From: an uncultured virus (IMG/VR IMGVR_UViG_3300017783_000004)
Taxonomy: Duplodnaviria; Heunggongvirae; Uroviricota; Caudoviricetes
Reading direction: 5' to 3' (one strand)
DNA: 64,000 nucleotides
Virus record (IMG/VR): IMGVR_UViG_3300017783_000004
Below the pieces are notes generated by a model. That model was not told the DNA's origin, did not search any database, and saw only the letters and a list, made by a program, of their open reading frames with translations. Positions 1 to 9,905 of this stretch are shown in pieces. The position numbers were made by a program, and so were the translations under genes. Within the stretch, counting starts at the first letter, position 1; every line of letters starts with the position of its first letter.

Positions 1-47
1 ATTACATATTGGTTTCTCATATCAGTCTCCTTTTTTATTACTGTTCC

Positions 48-82
48 ATTCTACTAAAAAGTGAAGGTCATTGTCAACCCTA
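48..82 (-). promoter_or_regulatory. Early sigma70-type promoter, repeat class I (copy 1)
   Basis: Minus strand TAG-GG-TTGACA-ATGACCTTCACTTTTTAG-TAGAAT; near-identical copies at about 607-642, 29767-29801, 32417-32452 and 32665-32700. Confidence 0.8.
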
Positions 83-391
83 CCATGACAAACATGTGTA
101 AGGTTCATAACAACCTGAAACACCGATAGCGGAGTTATCGCAACCCCTACCATCCATCCAGAGTTCGAGTTTAATCTCATCAAACTCTTTGATGTGTAGT
201 ATCATGTGTTCAAATGTATTTTGTAGATTGTTCTGGAAAACATCTTTCCAGTTAGTCTTTTGAATTGGTTTGACTAGTAAAGAATTATCACTAACCTTTT
301 TGATGATTGCAGTATATTCCATACCGTCTTTGACATATTTACAGGTATCTAAACCTTCTTCTATGTAACCGTTAAACAAACTCATTGACAT
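80..391 (-). CDS. Hypothetical protein
   Basis: 103-aa ORF with GAGGAGG SD upstream, coupled to the upstream ORF. Confidence 0.7.
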   Translation of the reverse strand: MSMSLFNGYIEEGLDTCKYVKDGMEYTAIIKKVSDNSLLVKPIQKTNWKDVFQNNLQNTFEHMILHIKEFDEIKLELWMDGRGCDNSAIGVSGCYEPYTCLSW

Positions 392-600
392 GCCTCCTCG
401 AACCTAAGTTCGAACAGTTTTGCGATAAACCCATGTTCACCACCCACTGGACTTGGTACATTTTCAATACCGAATTCTTTCTCTATTGCAAAGATTACAT
501 TCCAGATATCTTTATCTGCCATCTCTAAGATGTTTTCCATAATATCTTCTTTGATATTATCATTAACTTGATTACTCATATTATCTCCTTTCTTCATCAT
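382..600 (-). CDS. Hypothetical early protein
   Basis: 72-aa acidic ORF directly behind a class I promoter; AAAGGAGA SD favours the internal MSNQ start. Confidence 0.7.
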   Translation of the reverse strand: MMKKGDNMSNQVNDNIKEDIMENILEMADKDIWNVIFAIEKEFGIENVPSPVGGEHGFIAKLFELRFEEACQ

Positions 601-606
601 GGAATA

Positions 607-642
607 AGGATACTAAAAAGTAAGGCCTGCTGTCAACCCCTA
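607..642 (-). promoter_or_regulatory. Early promoter, repeat class I (copy 2)
   Basis: TAG-GGG-TTGACA-GCAGGCCTTACTTTTTAG-TATCCT. Confidence 0.75.
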
Positions 643-1149
643 GGCGTGATTAATTCTATGTTTATCTCTTAGAGCTTGTGCTTTGGGATTATCAGTGAAG
701 TTGCGACAATAAAGAAGATTACTGTCTGGATTAGTTTTCCACCTGTCAAAACCCCATTTGTTGGTGAAATCGATTAATGGTTGATTGTCTTCTCCACAAT
801 AACCAGTTATGTAAGGATGAATGTCACATATACGAGCAAACAATTGATTCATGGCATCAGGATACTTTCGTTCAGGATCCATATCTAAACAGATATCTGC
901 ACCGAAGTAACCCAATCCTTCACCGTAATGTTCGTCTTCAGGTTCATTTACGAATTGCACCATACCTGCAAAATAACCAATCACTTTGTTTTCGTGTTTG
1001 ATTACCCAAGCATCTCTCATGTTTATCCCAATCCATTTCCATGCCTCTAGGTGCCATAGTTCTGAATGGTGATGATGTATGCCTGAATGTTGTACTCTAT
1101 GACAACCTTCTGCATATTCTGGTCGCATTAAGTCTAATTCATATTTCAT
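640..1149 (-). CDS. Putative GNAT-fold acyltransferase-like protein
   Basis: WVIKHENKVIGYF strand pair and C-terminal EDNQPLIDFTNKWGF resembling GNAT motif B (N..A..FY.K.GF). Confidence 0.45.
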   Translation of the reverse strand: MKYELDLMRPEYAEGCHRVQHSGIHHHHSELWHLEAWKWIGINMRDAWVIKHENKVIGYFAGMVQFVNEPEDEHYGEGLGYFGADICLDMDPERKYPDAMNQLFARICDIHPYITGYCGEDNQPLIDFTNKWGFDRWKTNPDSNLLYCRNFTDNPKAQALRDKHRINHA

Positions 1150-1162
1150 AATATATCCTAAT

Positions 1163-1238
1163 TGGAGCTACTGGTCAGAATCGAACTGACTACCTGCTGA
1201 TTACAAATCAGCTGCTCTACCGAGTGAGCTACAGTAGC
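1163..1238 (-). tRNA. tRNA-Thr(UGU)
   Basis: GCTACTG/CAGTAGC acceptor stem, D-loop GG, anticodon arm CTGAT-TTGTAAT region with TGT anticodon, GTTCGATTC T-loop, encoded CCA; 76 nt. Confidence 0.95.
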
Positions 1239-1444
1239 GTGTCTAAATGTTCTAAGTCAATGTTATTTGCATCTAAGAGTTCAATCTTAAATTCATCGGT
1301 CTCTCTTAAAAATTCTACTGAGTGTGGCAATTCAACACCTTGTGATGCCAGTCTATCAACTGCCTCTGTAAACTCTCTGTAGGTATCTCTATCGACCTTA
1401 ACTTGTTTCTTTGCTGTCACTGGTATCATATCTATAATGTTCAT
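1229..1444 (-). CDS. Hypothetical protein
   Basis: 71-aa ORF coupled by ATGA overlap to the upstream gene; its stop codon lies inside the tRNA-Thr 5' end. Confidence 0.7.
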   Translation of the reverse strand: MNIIDMIPVTAKKQVKVDRDTYREFTEAVDRLASQGVELPHSVEFLRETDEFKIELLDANNIDLEHLDTLL

Positions 1445-2721
1445 CTTCCTACTGCCCCTAAGTATTTGTGTTTACATTCATCCCATGACATAGATACAAT
1501 ATCATCATAGAATAATGTTTCTGTTAAGTTTTGTCTCTCTGCGTTCATGAGGTTATTTATTCGTTTAGCCGCATACTTATCTTTCCATAACTGAGTAAGT
1601 GTTTCGACTGAACCATCATTGTTGTTTCTTATCAATTGGTCTTGTTCTATCTCACCTCTAAGAAATTCTCTAGTGTTTTCATAGAAACAAGAATAGTAGA
1701 TACCTCTTTGATGGTCTGACTTCTGCAACTCTTTTGGTATCTTAAGTTGCGAGTACATGAATTGTCTCATACGATTTCTATGGTCTCTCTTAAGAGTCTG
1801 ACCACTTTCTCTCTTTGCAACATACAATAAGAAGTATCTCTCATTGAAATGGTGTTCTGCATAGTCTAGCATCTTTCTTTCAGTCTCTTTGGTCATTTCA
1901 AATGATAATGAACCTTGACTGTATCCCATTTTCTTCCAATGTTTGAGTCTGTCGTATTGTGATAACCCACCTGTCTTAGATTTACCATAGAGAGATGTAG
2001 TAGTCATACCGACTAGTTTATCTCCGTAGTTTTCTTCCCATTGTTTCTGTATCACATCGGCAGTACATAACAATGCCATGAGTTTACCACCAGTGTAATT
2101 GAACCCTAGTGGTTGTGTTGGTAGAATACTTGAACCTATGGCGCTGTTGTTTAGTTTACCACTATTCGTTTTGTATATTCTTTCCCACCCAATGTAATCA
2201 TCTCTAGGTGTTAAGTCAATAAAGTCACCTGTAATACAGATAACACCAAGATACTTCTCGGTCACTTTGTCTCTAACAATGTAATGTAGATTTCTACCTA
2301 TGTTTGATGAGTTCTTTTGTGAGTGTGTCATTGTTCTAAGACAATTCCATTTCTCTGTAAGAGTACCAGCAGACTGTCTATCTTTGTTCGAGTCTGTATA
2401 AATCAGTTCTGGTTCTAGTTTCTCAAAGTCTTCGTATGAATTAGGAAACCATATGTTGTTCTTAGTCTCATTGATAAGTTTTAAATGGTCTTCATTAACA
2501 AAGTTAGTCTCTTCGCCAAACAATGTAGAAACTGTTTGTGTCGGATACTTCATGTGTATCTCTTGGTACTTCTGATATAAGGTGTATTCTGCTACACCCA
2601 TTTTAGATACGAATGATAAATCTTTTATCAGTAGTTCTCTGAGTTCTTCTTTTGATACGATGTCTTTCTCGACCCTATTGGCCTGATATTCATCGAATTG
2701 TTTTTGTACAAATGGTTCCAT
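1441..2721 (-). CDS. DUF4338 / DruA-like protein (putative Mom-like GNAT-fold DNA-modifying enzyme), paralogue A
   Basis: Motifs GRNLHYIVRD, PTQPLGFNYTGGKLMALLCT, TTTSLYG, SQYDRL; shared with paralogue at 11565-12689. Confidence 0.65.
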   Translation of the reverse strand: MEPFVQKQFDEYQANRVEKDIVSKEELRELLIKDLSFVSKMGVAEYTLYQKYQEIHMKYPTQTVSTLFGEETNFVNEDHLKLINETKNNIWFPNSYEDFEKLEPELIYTDSNKDRQSAGTLTEKWNCLRTMTHSQKNSSNIGRNLHYIVRDKVTEKYLGVICITGDFIDLTPRDDYIGWERIYKTNSGKLNNSAIGSSILPTQPLGFNYTGGKLMALLCTADVIQKQWEENYGDKLVGMTTTSLYGKSKTGGLSQYDRLKHWKKMGYSQGSLSFEMTKETERKMLDYAEHHFNERYFLLYVAKRESGQTLKRDHRNRMRQFMYSQLKIPKELQKSDHQRGIYYSCFYENTREFLRGEIEQDQLIRNNNDGSVETLTQLWKDKYAAKRINNLMNAERQNLTETLFYDDIVSMSWDECKHKYLGAVGR

Positions 2722-2723
2722 AA

Positions 2724-4112
2724 TTACATATTAAAATCGTTAAACTTAGTTGAAGGTCTTGCCCTATCAGCGACAGGTATACTATCATCGATTAACATTT
2801 CGCCATCTACTAATTCTTCTTGTGCTTCTTGTTCTACATCATAGAGTTTCATTCTTGCTCTATCGATACCTATTACAAATCTCTTAAAGATTGTAGGGTC
2901 ATTGTATCTGTTTTTTAACTGTTTCACTACGAGTTGGTCTAACTCTTCTAGTTCCTCAGATGTAATCAATGCAAACATCAAGTCTGCTGTTGCAGGTAAC
3001 CCAAATGATTCTGAAGTATCTTCAAGACCAATATCAGTAGAACCAAAACCACTTCTTGTTGTTTGTGTTGCACTCATAATAGGTACATCACATTCTACTG
3101 CAACACCTCTAAGTTCTTCTGCAATACTCTTAACTAGTGTATAAGAGTTTGCCCCAGCACCTGGTCTAATTCTCTGAGAGGCACATATGTTTAGATAGTC
3201 GATAAAGATGATATCAGGTTTGAAGTCTTTCTTAATCTCTAGTTCTTGTAATAGATGTCTAAAGTGACCTGCATGGGCGGCTGCAGTAGGATATTCTTTT
3301 ACAATAAGTTTACCTTGAGTCTTAGATTTAAGTCTACCAATCTTCTTGCCGTATTCTTTCTTAGACATATCAGGCAAATCTTTCATAGGTACATTCATAA
3401 TGTTTGCATCTATTCTCTCTGCAATTCTTTCTTCTGACATTTCAAGTGTAATATAAAGTACATTCTTGTTCATCATCAATGCACTTGCAGCCATGTGACA
3501 CATGAATAAAGATTTACCAACACCAGTACCTGCGAGACAAATGTTTAATGTCTTATTGGGTAAACCACCTTTGGTAATCTTGTTGAAGTATTCTAAGTCA
3601 AACGGAAGTTTCTCTTCTTCTGTTGTGTAGAACTCATATCGTTCTTCTGCATCTTCTAAGACATCATGACCAATGTGTTGGTCAAATGATACTGACAATG
3701 CATCTTTCAATAGTTCTGGTATCTCACCTGTAGACCTTTGCGACTTCTTATCAATGACTTCGATTGAATCCATGACTGCAATATAGATTGCTCTATCTTT
3801 GCACCACTTCTCTGTTTCATCTACTAACCAATCTATTGGTGTCTCTTCTTCTGGCATTGAGCCCAACAACTCTTTACAACCTGTAATGATATTCTCTGAA
3901 TGAGATGTATCATTGTCTAGGTTTATGAGAAGTGCTTCGAGTGTTGGGCTCTTGGTGTATTTTTCGAAATAAGATTTTATCTCGTTATACACCAACTGCT
4001 CAGATGAATCGGCAAAGTACTCAGGTTTAAGAAAAGGAATTACTTTTCGTGTAAACTGTTCACTCTGAATCAGGTTCTTCAGGATTGTCTGTTCTATTCT
4101 CATTGCTTCCAT
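2724..4112 (-). CDS. gp41: Replicative DNA helicase
   Basis: Walker [42 protein letters not shown], typical of T4 gp41. Confidence 0.97.
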   Translation of the reverse strand: MEAMRIEQTILKNLIQSEQFTRKVIPFLKPEYFADSSEQLVYNEIKSYFEKYTKSPTLEALLINLDNDTSHSENIITGCKELLGSMPEEETPIDWLVDETEKWCKDRAIYIAVMDSIEVIDKKSQRSTGEIPELLKDALSVSFDQHIGHDVLEDAEERYEFYTTEEEKLPFDLEYFNKITKGGLPNKTLNICLAGTGVGKSLFMCHMAASALMMNKNVLYITLEMSEERIAERIDANIMNVPMKDLPDMSKKEYGKKIGRLKSKTQGKLIVKEYPTAAAHAGHFRHLLQELEIKKDFKPDIIFIDYLNICASQRIRPGAGANSYTLVKSIAEELRGVAVECDVPIMSATQTTRSGFGSTDIGLEDTSESFGLPATADLMFALITSEELEELDQLVVKQLKNRYNDPTIFKRFVIGIDRARMKLYDVEQEAQEELVDGEMLIDDSIPVADRARPSTKFNDFNM

Positions 4113-5115
4113 ACTTAAAATAATTGTTTGCGACTTTTTCTAATCTCTCCATTACATCTGGAGTGAAATACTTTTCGGGATTGTTGTTAATTGTTTTACC
4201 AAATTCTGTTTTGCCATTTGGTAATAACACCCTTGTACTTGACTTCTGGAATACACCACTTGCAAGTGCCATGTCTAGCAGACCATAGTATCTATCTAAG
4301 CCTGAGTCATATGTTAATCTTACATCGACCATTCTATTTTCTACAGTCAATCTTGATTTGGCGTTCTTACAGTGTATAATATTTCCAATGATTTCTGTAC
4401 CCTCTTTTTCTTTTCTTTTTGAAAGATAGATGATTGAACTAGCGGCATACTTGAGACCACTACCCCCACCCATTTCTTTCTGAGGAAACATAGAACCAAT
4501 CACATCATATGTATGATTAGTCACAATCATTGGAACACCTGCACGACCTAGTTTTAAAGTTAATACTCTAAATGCACCCTTAGTAATTTGGGCACGAGTC
4601 ATGTCTTTGGTTTCTTTTCCGTCAGCAGTATCTTGTATCTCTTTGGTAGTTGATAACATACCAAGTGAGTCTAAACAAAACATCATCGGAGGTCTTTCAT
4701 CCTTTGGTGTCTCTAAGTACTTGTCGAGAATATTGATTGCCTGATTTCTGAATTCTTGTACTGTTACCACAGGCACGATAACAATTCTATCTGAGTCTAT
4801 ACCCCTTTCTTCAATCATTGCTTTACTGATTGCGGACTCTGACTCAAAGTAGATAACAGCAGATTCAGGATTATCTGCAAGGAATTGTTTTACCATTCCC
4901 AATGCAAAGAAAGTTTTACCTGTTGCTGATTCACCAGCGATTGCGGTGATTTTGTTTTTGGGTAGACCACCATATAGTGACCCACTCAGCAAAGCATTAA
5001 ATATGTACGACCCACTATCTACGAATGAATCTACATCACCAGCATTGACGCCATCGGAAACTACTCCTGCGTATTCATTGCCTGATGCTTTGACTAAATC
5101 TTTTATAAATGACAT
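4060..5115 (-). CDS. uvsX: RecA-like recombinase
   Basis: [30 protein letters not shown] motifs; position next to gp41. Confidence 0.96.
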   Translation of the reverse strand: MSFIKDLVKASGNEYAGVVSDGVNAGDVDSFVDSGSYIFNALLSGSLYGGLPKNKITAIAGESATGKTFFALGMVKQFLADNPESAVIYFESESAISKAMIEERGIDSDRIVIVPVVTVQEFRNQAINILDKYLETPKDERPPMMFCLDSLGMLSTTKEIQDTADGKETKDMTRAQITKGAFRVLTLKLGRAGVPMIVTNHTYDVIGSMFPQKEMGGGSGLKYAASSIIYLSKRKEKEGTEIIGNIIHCKNAKSRLTVENRMVDVRLTYDSGLDRYYGLLDMALASGVFQKSSTRVLLPNGKTEFGKTINNNPEKYFTPDVMERLEKVANNYFKYGSNENRTDNPEEPDSE

Positions 5116-5148
5116 TTCACTTCTCCATAATATGTAATATACTAATCT

Positions 5149-5177
5149 AGTATACTAGAAGATGTGTTATTTGTCTA
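5149..5177 (-). promoter_or_regulatory. Promoter, class II (TAGACA-17-TATACT), upstream of uvsX
   Basis: Same architecture at 12708-12736 and 24507-24535. Confidence 0.65.
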
Positions 5178-5343
5178 GTAGGTTTTCTTCTAATTCTGGA
5201 AAGTCTTCACGACAACTTTTGTATTTAGATTGTTGTTCTAAAATTTCTAGTATCATTTTACATTGAGTTTCTAAATGAATTATAAAACCAAATATGATTG
5301 CAATCATAATCATGTAAAATATATCCATTATATGGATTGTCAT
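5167..5343 (-). CDS. Small membrane protein (58 aa, not in ORF track)
   Basis: MTIHIMDIFYMIMIAIIFGFIIHLETQ...; ATGA overlap with the nuclease stop; one hydrophobic helix. Confidence 0.6.
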   Translation of the reverse strand: MTIHIMDIFYMIMIAIIFGFIIHLETQCKMILEILEQQSKYKSCREDFPELEENLLDK

Positions 5344-5780
5344 AGTTCTAACTCTGATTGTGTCTCTAAAACTACAACACCTTGTTCTAGTAATACTTCT
5401 CTGTTTGCCATGTGGGCAGCTTCAGTTTCTTCTTTATTACCACCTGTATATGCGACTGCATGGTGGTCAAGAATCATCTGTTGATTTACAGATGTTTCAT
5501 TTGAACCAATGAACAAATCTCCTAAGATTCTTCCAAACTTTCCTTTATCGTGTGATACTAGTTCGATTGATTCTGCTTCTTCTAAAATTGTTTTAAGATG
5601 TTTTTTAGATGCTTTACCAAATTTCTTTTCTACTAAATCTCTTGTTCGGCTTTCAGGAGTATCGATGCCTAACATTCTTACTCTCTGTTTTTTATACACC
5701 ATACCGAACCCTAAATCAATATCTACATCTACAGTATCACCATCGACTACCTTCACTATGTTTACTTTATATCTATACAT
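5340..5780 (-). CDS. Thermonuclease (SNase-like) family nuclease
   Basis: VVDGDTVD, RMLGIDTPE, KGKFGRILG motifs. Confidence 0.9.
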   Translation of the reverse strand: MYRYKVNIVKVVDGDTVDVDIDLGFGMVYKKQRVRMLGIDTPESRTRDLVEKKFGKASKKHLKTILEEAESIELVSHDKGKFGRILGDLFIGSNETSVNQQMILDHHAVAYTGGNKEETEAAHMANREVLLEQGVVVLETQSELEL

Positions 5781-5783
5781 TTT

Positions 5784-6206
5784 TTATACCTGATTATGTT
5801 TTCTATGTGCAGTTTTTTCTGCCCAATCTTTCAATGCCTTTCTTATAGAATCTTCTGCAAGAACAGAACAATGCAATTTGATTGGCGGTAGTTCTAATGC
5901 ATCTGCAATTTCTTTATCTTTAATCAGTTGTGCCTCAGTCATGGTTTTACCCATTAAGAGTTCTACGAATAAAGATGAACTTGCAATAGCAGAACCACAC
6001 CCATAAGTTTTAAATTTGACATCTTCAATAACTTCAGTATCAGGATTTACTTTTAAATCTAATTTCATTACATCACCACATGCAGGTGCACCAGCTAAAC
6101 CGGTCACTACATTTGGGTCATTTGGGTCGAATCTTCCGACTCCATGTTTTGATGGATTGTTCAAGACTTCTTCGAATCTATCGACTACTTTTTTTGAGTA
6201 TGCCAT
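5784..6206 (-). CDS. iscU: Fe-S cluster scaffold IscU
   Basis: GAPACGDVMKL, FKTYGCGSAIASSS, LPPIKLHCSVLAEDSI; all three Cys and the His are present. Confidence 0.95.
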   Translation of the reverse strand: MAYSKKVVDRFEEVLNNPSKHGVGRFDPNDPNVVTGLAGAPACGDVMKLDLKVNPDTEVIEDVKFKTYGCGSAIASSSLFVELLMGKTMTEAQLIKDKEIADALELPPIKLHCSVLAEDSIRKALKDWAEKTAHRKHNQV

Positions 6207-6214
6207 AGAGTTAT

Positions 6215-8722
6215 TTATCCAAAAAAGGAATCTAAACTCGCAACTGGTTCTACATTCCAGTTAATATGTCCTATGATGTTTCGTAATGGTTCGATAAATG
6301 ATTTATCAAACTGCAAATCATAATCTACAAATCTATGTAAATCAAATTCTTTTGGTAATGAGTTAGTGAATGATATCACATTCTCATTGATAGGGTTTGG
6401 CATAGTAAGATATGTAAAGTGAATCTTCTCACCGTTTTGAATAGGTTCATATCTCTTCAGTAGATTCATTTCTTTAAGTCTATGATTGAATAGTAATGAA
6501 CCTCTGACATGAATTGGTGTACCCTTGCCATAGATGTGAGTTGGGTCTGCATACTGAATGAGACCTTTACACCCTCTAGGGAATGCAACATCTTCTGGCG
6601 GAAGTTCTCTGAATTCTTTTCTTGCAGTTTCTACAAAGTCCCATAACTGCTGTTCATCACCACGCATGACAATCTTAATTGCATCTTCTAGTCTTCGTCT
6701 CACCCACAAAGGAGTTGATGACTTTGCAGTCTCAATGCCCATAAGTTTGAGTTTAGGTGTCTCTAGTCTAACACCCTCATTATCAAATACATTTAGAATA
6801 TATCTTTTCTTTGCAGTCCATATACCTTTGTCTGCAATTACTTCACGACCCATTTCCATTTTCTGTTGATATGCATTGGTATAATCTGCAAGGTCTTCGA
6901 AACCTGCATCAAGTACATCTTCTATCTTAGACTCTGCCTTAGATAAGAAATCACATATCTTGTCTTTGTCTGTTTCGCCAGGCATAACTGTTTCTACGAA
7001 TTTATCCATTGTGAGATAAATTGAATCAGTATCCATTGCAATGACATAATCTTCATTGTCTGTTTTAAGTATCTTGTTTAGATATTCGTTGACTATCTTC
7101 TCTGACCATTTGATAACTAACTGACCAGAATAAGTAATTGCCTCTGCAAGATTTGGGTCAAAGAAAGCAAACCACTGATTCGCCATAGAACCATATGCTG
7201 AGTTAAGTGCAATCTTTCTTACTTGTTGATTGTTGTATGCCCTCTTAATAAGAGTATCTAGTTTCTTAATCTCTTTAGGGTCAGAAGTCTTCTCTTTGAC
7301 TTTCTGATACTCAATCATCTTTTTCTTCCATGCCTTACGCTCATCGTACATGACTTCCATAATCTCAGGAAAGAAACCTTGTTTATCTCGTGTGAACATT
7401 ACACCATTGGGTGCGACTGTAGCGTTCATCTTCTTAGCAATAGATAAGTCCACTTTCTTGTGCAACATCAATTCTACATTCGTATCTTGTCTATGACCCT
7501 TAATCATTTTCTCTGGTGAAATATTCCATTGCATAATCAAATGAGGATATAGAGAGTTCAAGTCAAATGACATAACCCAATTATGACCACCAGTGATTGG
7601 TTCTTTAACATAGGCACCTGCAATCTGATTCGTCTTGTTCTCGTTTCGTTTTTGAGGTGGTGTTTGAACTCCTTGTTCTTTTAAGAAGTTGTAGATGATT
7701 GTTTCCCAATACTTAACCATACCGAATGTGTCGATGTAATTACACTTGGCATCATACGCCATTGCCTGAGTCAAGTCTAAGAAACCTAGTTTGTCTTCTA
7801 GTTCTTCTACGAGAACAACATCTTTAACATTATACTCTAAGTACTTTGCGTAATTGTTTTTGTATAAGGTATGCAATGAACCATACTCTGAATAATCTAG
7901 TTTCTTCTTACCCAATTCAAAGTGAGCGATGTAATCTAGTTTGTATGACTCTTGGTTATGAAAAGTAGACCTACGATATAGTTCTAAGTAGTCTACGATG
8001 TTGACACCATACAAGTCAAATATCTGAGTCTTCTGATAACCATTCTGTAAAAACTCTCTACTAGAAGACATATTCCATGGCGATAACTTTTTGTGTGCAT
8101 CTTCACCGAATAGTCTATCGATTCTATTACAAAGATAAGTCATATCAAATGCATCTACATTCCAACCAGTAATGATATCGAACCATTCTTGTCGCCAGTA
8201 TTTAATAAACTCTGTTAGTAGATGTGCCTCATTTTTACAGTTGATATAGATTACATCTGATTCTGTTTCCCATTCACCTAGACCAAATACAACACAAGAC
8301 TTACCGAATGGTTTGATTGAGATTGCGTTGACCTTTTCTATTGCTTCGCCTGGTTCTGGAAAACCATTTTCTGATTCACACTCAATATCAAGTGTGGCAA
8401 TTTTGATTGCATTTGCATCAAAGTCTATCTTGCCAGGAAACTTATCTGATATGTAAGTATACACATACCTATCGTAACCATGAACTTCAAAACCGTCTAT
8501 GCCTTGATACTTTTCTTTGAACTTTCTTGCACCACCCATTGAGTCTAAGTTGACTACATCTAGTGGTCTGCCGTCAAGTGCCTTGTAAGGCGTAGCGCTT
8601 TTCTTTGAGGGAATGAAATGATTTGGACGATAAGATACGGAAAGTTTTTGTTTCTTTCCGTTCTGATAACCAATCGCTAATATTTTGTCACGAGTGCGAC
8701 ATACATTTGTGTAAAAATCCAT
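6215..8722 (-). CDS. gp43: Family B DNA polymerase
   Basis: Exonuclease DIECE, polymerase SFDLNSLYPH, KIALNSAYG, DTDSIY, KKRYIL. Confidence 0.98.
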   Translation of the reverse strand: MDFYTNVCRTRDKILAIGYQNGKKQKLSVSYRPNHFIPSKKSATPYKALDGRPLDVVNLDSMGGARKFKEKYQGIDGFEVHGYDRYVYTYISDKFPGKIDFDANAIKIATLDIECESENGFPEPGEAIEKVNAISIKPFGKSCVVFGLGEWETESDVIYINCKNEAHLLTEFIKYWRQEWFDIITGWNVDAFDMTYLCNRIDRLFGEDAHKKLSPWNMSSSREFLQNGYQKTQIFDLYGVNIVDYLELYRRSTFHNQESYKLDYIAHFELGKKKLDYSEYGSLHTLYKNNYAKYLEYNVKDVVLVEELEDKLGFLDLTQAMAYDAKCNYIDTFGMVKYWETIIYNFLKEQGVQTPPQKRNENKTNQIAGAYVKEPITGGHNWVMSFDLNSLYPHLIMQWNISPEKMIKGHRQDTNVELMLHKKVDLSIAKKMNATVAPNGVMFTRDKQGFFPEIMEVMYDERKAWKKKMIEYQKVKEKTSDPKEIKKLDTLIKRAYNNQQVRKIALNSAYGSMANQWFAFFDPNLAEAITYSGQLVIKWSEKIVNEYLNKILKTDNEDYVIAMDTDSIYLTMDKFVETVMPGETDKDKICDFLSKAESKIEDVLDAGFEDLADYTNAYQQKMEMGREVIADKGIWTAKKRYILNVFDNEGVRLETPKLKLMGIETAKSSTPLWVRRRLEDAIKIVMRGDEQQLWDFVETARKEFRELPPEDVAFPRGCKGLIQYADPTHIYGKGTPIHVRGSLLFNHRLKEMNLLKRYEPIQNGEKIHFTYLTMPNPINENVISFTNSLPKEFDLHRFVDYDLQFDKSFIEPLRNIIGHINWNVEPVASLDSFFG

Positions 8723-8728
8723 ACTGTA

Positions 8729-8757
8729 AGTATACTACAGTAGGTCTATTCTGTCAA
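8729..8757 (-). promoter_or_regulatory. Sigma70-type promoter of gp43 (leaderless arrangement)
   Basis: TTGACA-17-TATACT followed 6 nt later by the ATG; no SD. Confidence 0.75.
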
Positions 8758-8982
8758 TGTTCTTTTAGATTCGAAGTCGAAATTATTAACAACTGCTGAC
8801 TTAATATCTGTCCAGTATGAAATCTTTTCTAGTTCTTTCTCTACTGTTTCCATTGTGTCAGGATGTTCTGCGACACCAACTGCGTTCTTTGTTAATACTT
8901 CAATATTTATTTTGTGTTTCTCAATCTGAGCATCGGCCTGTTTGACCTGTGCAACGAGAACTCTATTCATAAAGTCTACCAT
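8746..8982 (-). CDS. Conserved hypothetical protein
   Basis: 78-aa helical ORF with NAVGVAEHPD motif, recalled from marine T4-like phages. Confidence 0.7.
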   Translation of the reverse strand: MVDFMNRVLVAQVKQADAQIEKHKINIEVLTKNAVGVAEHPDTMETVEKELEKISYWTDIKSAVVNNFDFESKRTLTE

Positions 8983-8984
8983 AA

Positions 8985-9275
8985 TTATTTTCTTACTTTG
9001 CCTCTTTGGAGGTTGTTGCCTGTCGCAACTTTAAAATTAGTTTCGAGTTGGGGCTTTGCTTCAAACACCGTCTGTATGAGGCCTGAATTGATTGTGAAGG
9101 TGTAATCTTTGGCAAAGGGAATCCACGGCGCCAAATTGACTTCCATAGTTCCATCTTTTACCTCCATTACACATACTTGAGCTTCTGAGATTATATAATC
9201 TCCATTCCACTTCTTCTCTACAAATCCAATCAGAACTTCACCTGTATCTAATCTGATACATTTGACACTATTCAC
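8985..9275 (-). CDS. Conserved small beta-barrel (Sm-like) hypothetical protein
   Basis: VKCIRLDTGEVLIG...LAPWIPFA; position upstream of gp43 as in marine T4-like phages. Confidence 0.7.
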   Translation of the reverse strand: MNSVKCIRLDTGEVLIGFVEKKWNGDYIISEAQVCVMEVKDGTMEVNLAPWIPFAKDYTFTINSGLIQTVFEAKPQLETNFKVATGNNLQRGKVRK

Positions 9276-9726
9276 AATTTCGAACCATGTCTTGTAGTTC
9301 TACTGACCTTCTTCCAACTTGACCGAACCATTTTGAGTCTTCCATTTCGACTGCCATTTTTTCCCAATCGCATGAAACAACTCCTTTCCACATGTTATTA
9401 AATTTACCAAAACGACTTCCACCTAAGTTGAATGTCATGTTGACTAGTACATGTTGAATGTCTTCTGGAAGACTATAGAAGTCTTCACCACCCTTAGATT
9501 CGAATAGGTGTATAGTTTCATCAACATGTTTGTCAAAGTCTGCCTCATAGTATCTATCGACAGTTTCTTGACTGACTGGAGTACCTGCTGGTTCTCCAAA
9601 TTCTGCATCATCTTCTCTAATAAGATGACCAACCCCTAAGGTTAAGTACCCTAGAGAATCTTCATAGACTTCAAGGACTTCGCCTTCATGTCTCTTAATT
9701 TGTTCTTTTAAAACATCTTTATTCAT
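9268..9726 (-). CDS. Phage lysozyme (GH24, T4 lysozyme-like)
   Basis: HEG...YEDSLGYLTLGVGHL catalytic E-x8-D-x5-T arrangement; NMTFNLG; SKWFGQVGRR. Confidence 0.92.
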   Translation of the reverse strand: MNKDVLKEQIKRHEGEVLEVYEDSLGYLTLGVGHLIREDDAEFGEPAGTPVSQETVDRYYEADFDKHVDETIHLFESKGGEDFYSLPEDIQHVLVNMTFNLGGSRFGKFNNMWKGVVSCDWEKMAVEMEDSKWFGQVGRRSVELQDMVRNCE

Positions 9727-9743
9727 TATTAATTCCTAATTAA

Positions 9744-9905
9744 TTACTCTGAAATTGGTTCTGGAGTTTTATTCGAATCGAATGTATAACCCTCTGATTC
9801 TTTATCAGCTTTGAAAGTTTCATAGTCACTTTCTTCACAATTAAAATAGTATCCAACGGTTACGCCGTCTTCTACTTTTGTAAATTTGAGATTACTTCTT
9901 GCCAT
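9744..9905 (-). CDS. Small hypothetical protein (53 aa, not in ORF track)
   Basis: MARSNLKFTKVEDGVTVGYYFNCEESDY...; GAGG SD; fills the gap between neighbouring genes. Confidence 0.6.
   Translation of the reverse strand: MARSNLKFTKVEDGVTVGYYFNCEESDYETFKADKESEGYTFDSNKTPEPISE

Noticed and set aside
1441..2721. Druantia anti-phage defence system
   Set aside because: Only DruA-like domains are present, with no DruE helicase or other dru genes, and the context is a phage replication module.
6215..8722. Introns, inteins or homing endonucleases in gp43, gp41, gp17 or gp46
   Set aside because: All are uninterrupted and of normal length, with no LAGLIDADG, GIY-YIG or HNH ORFs seen.
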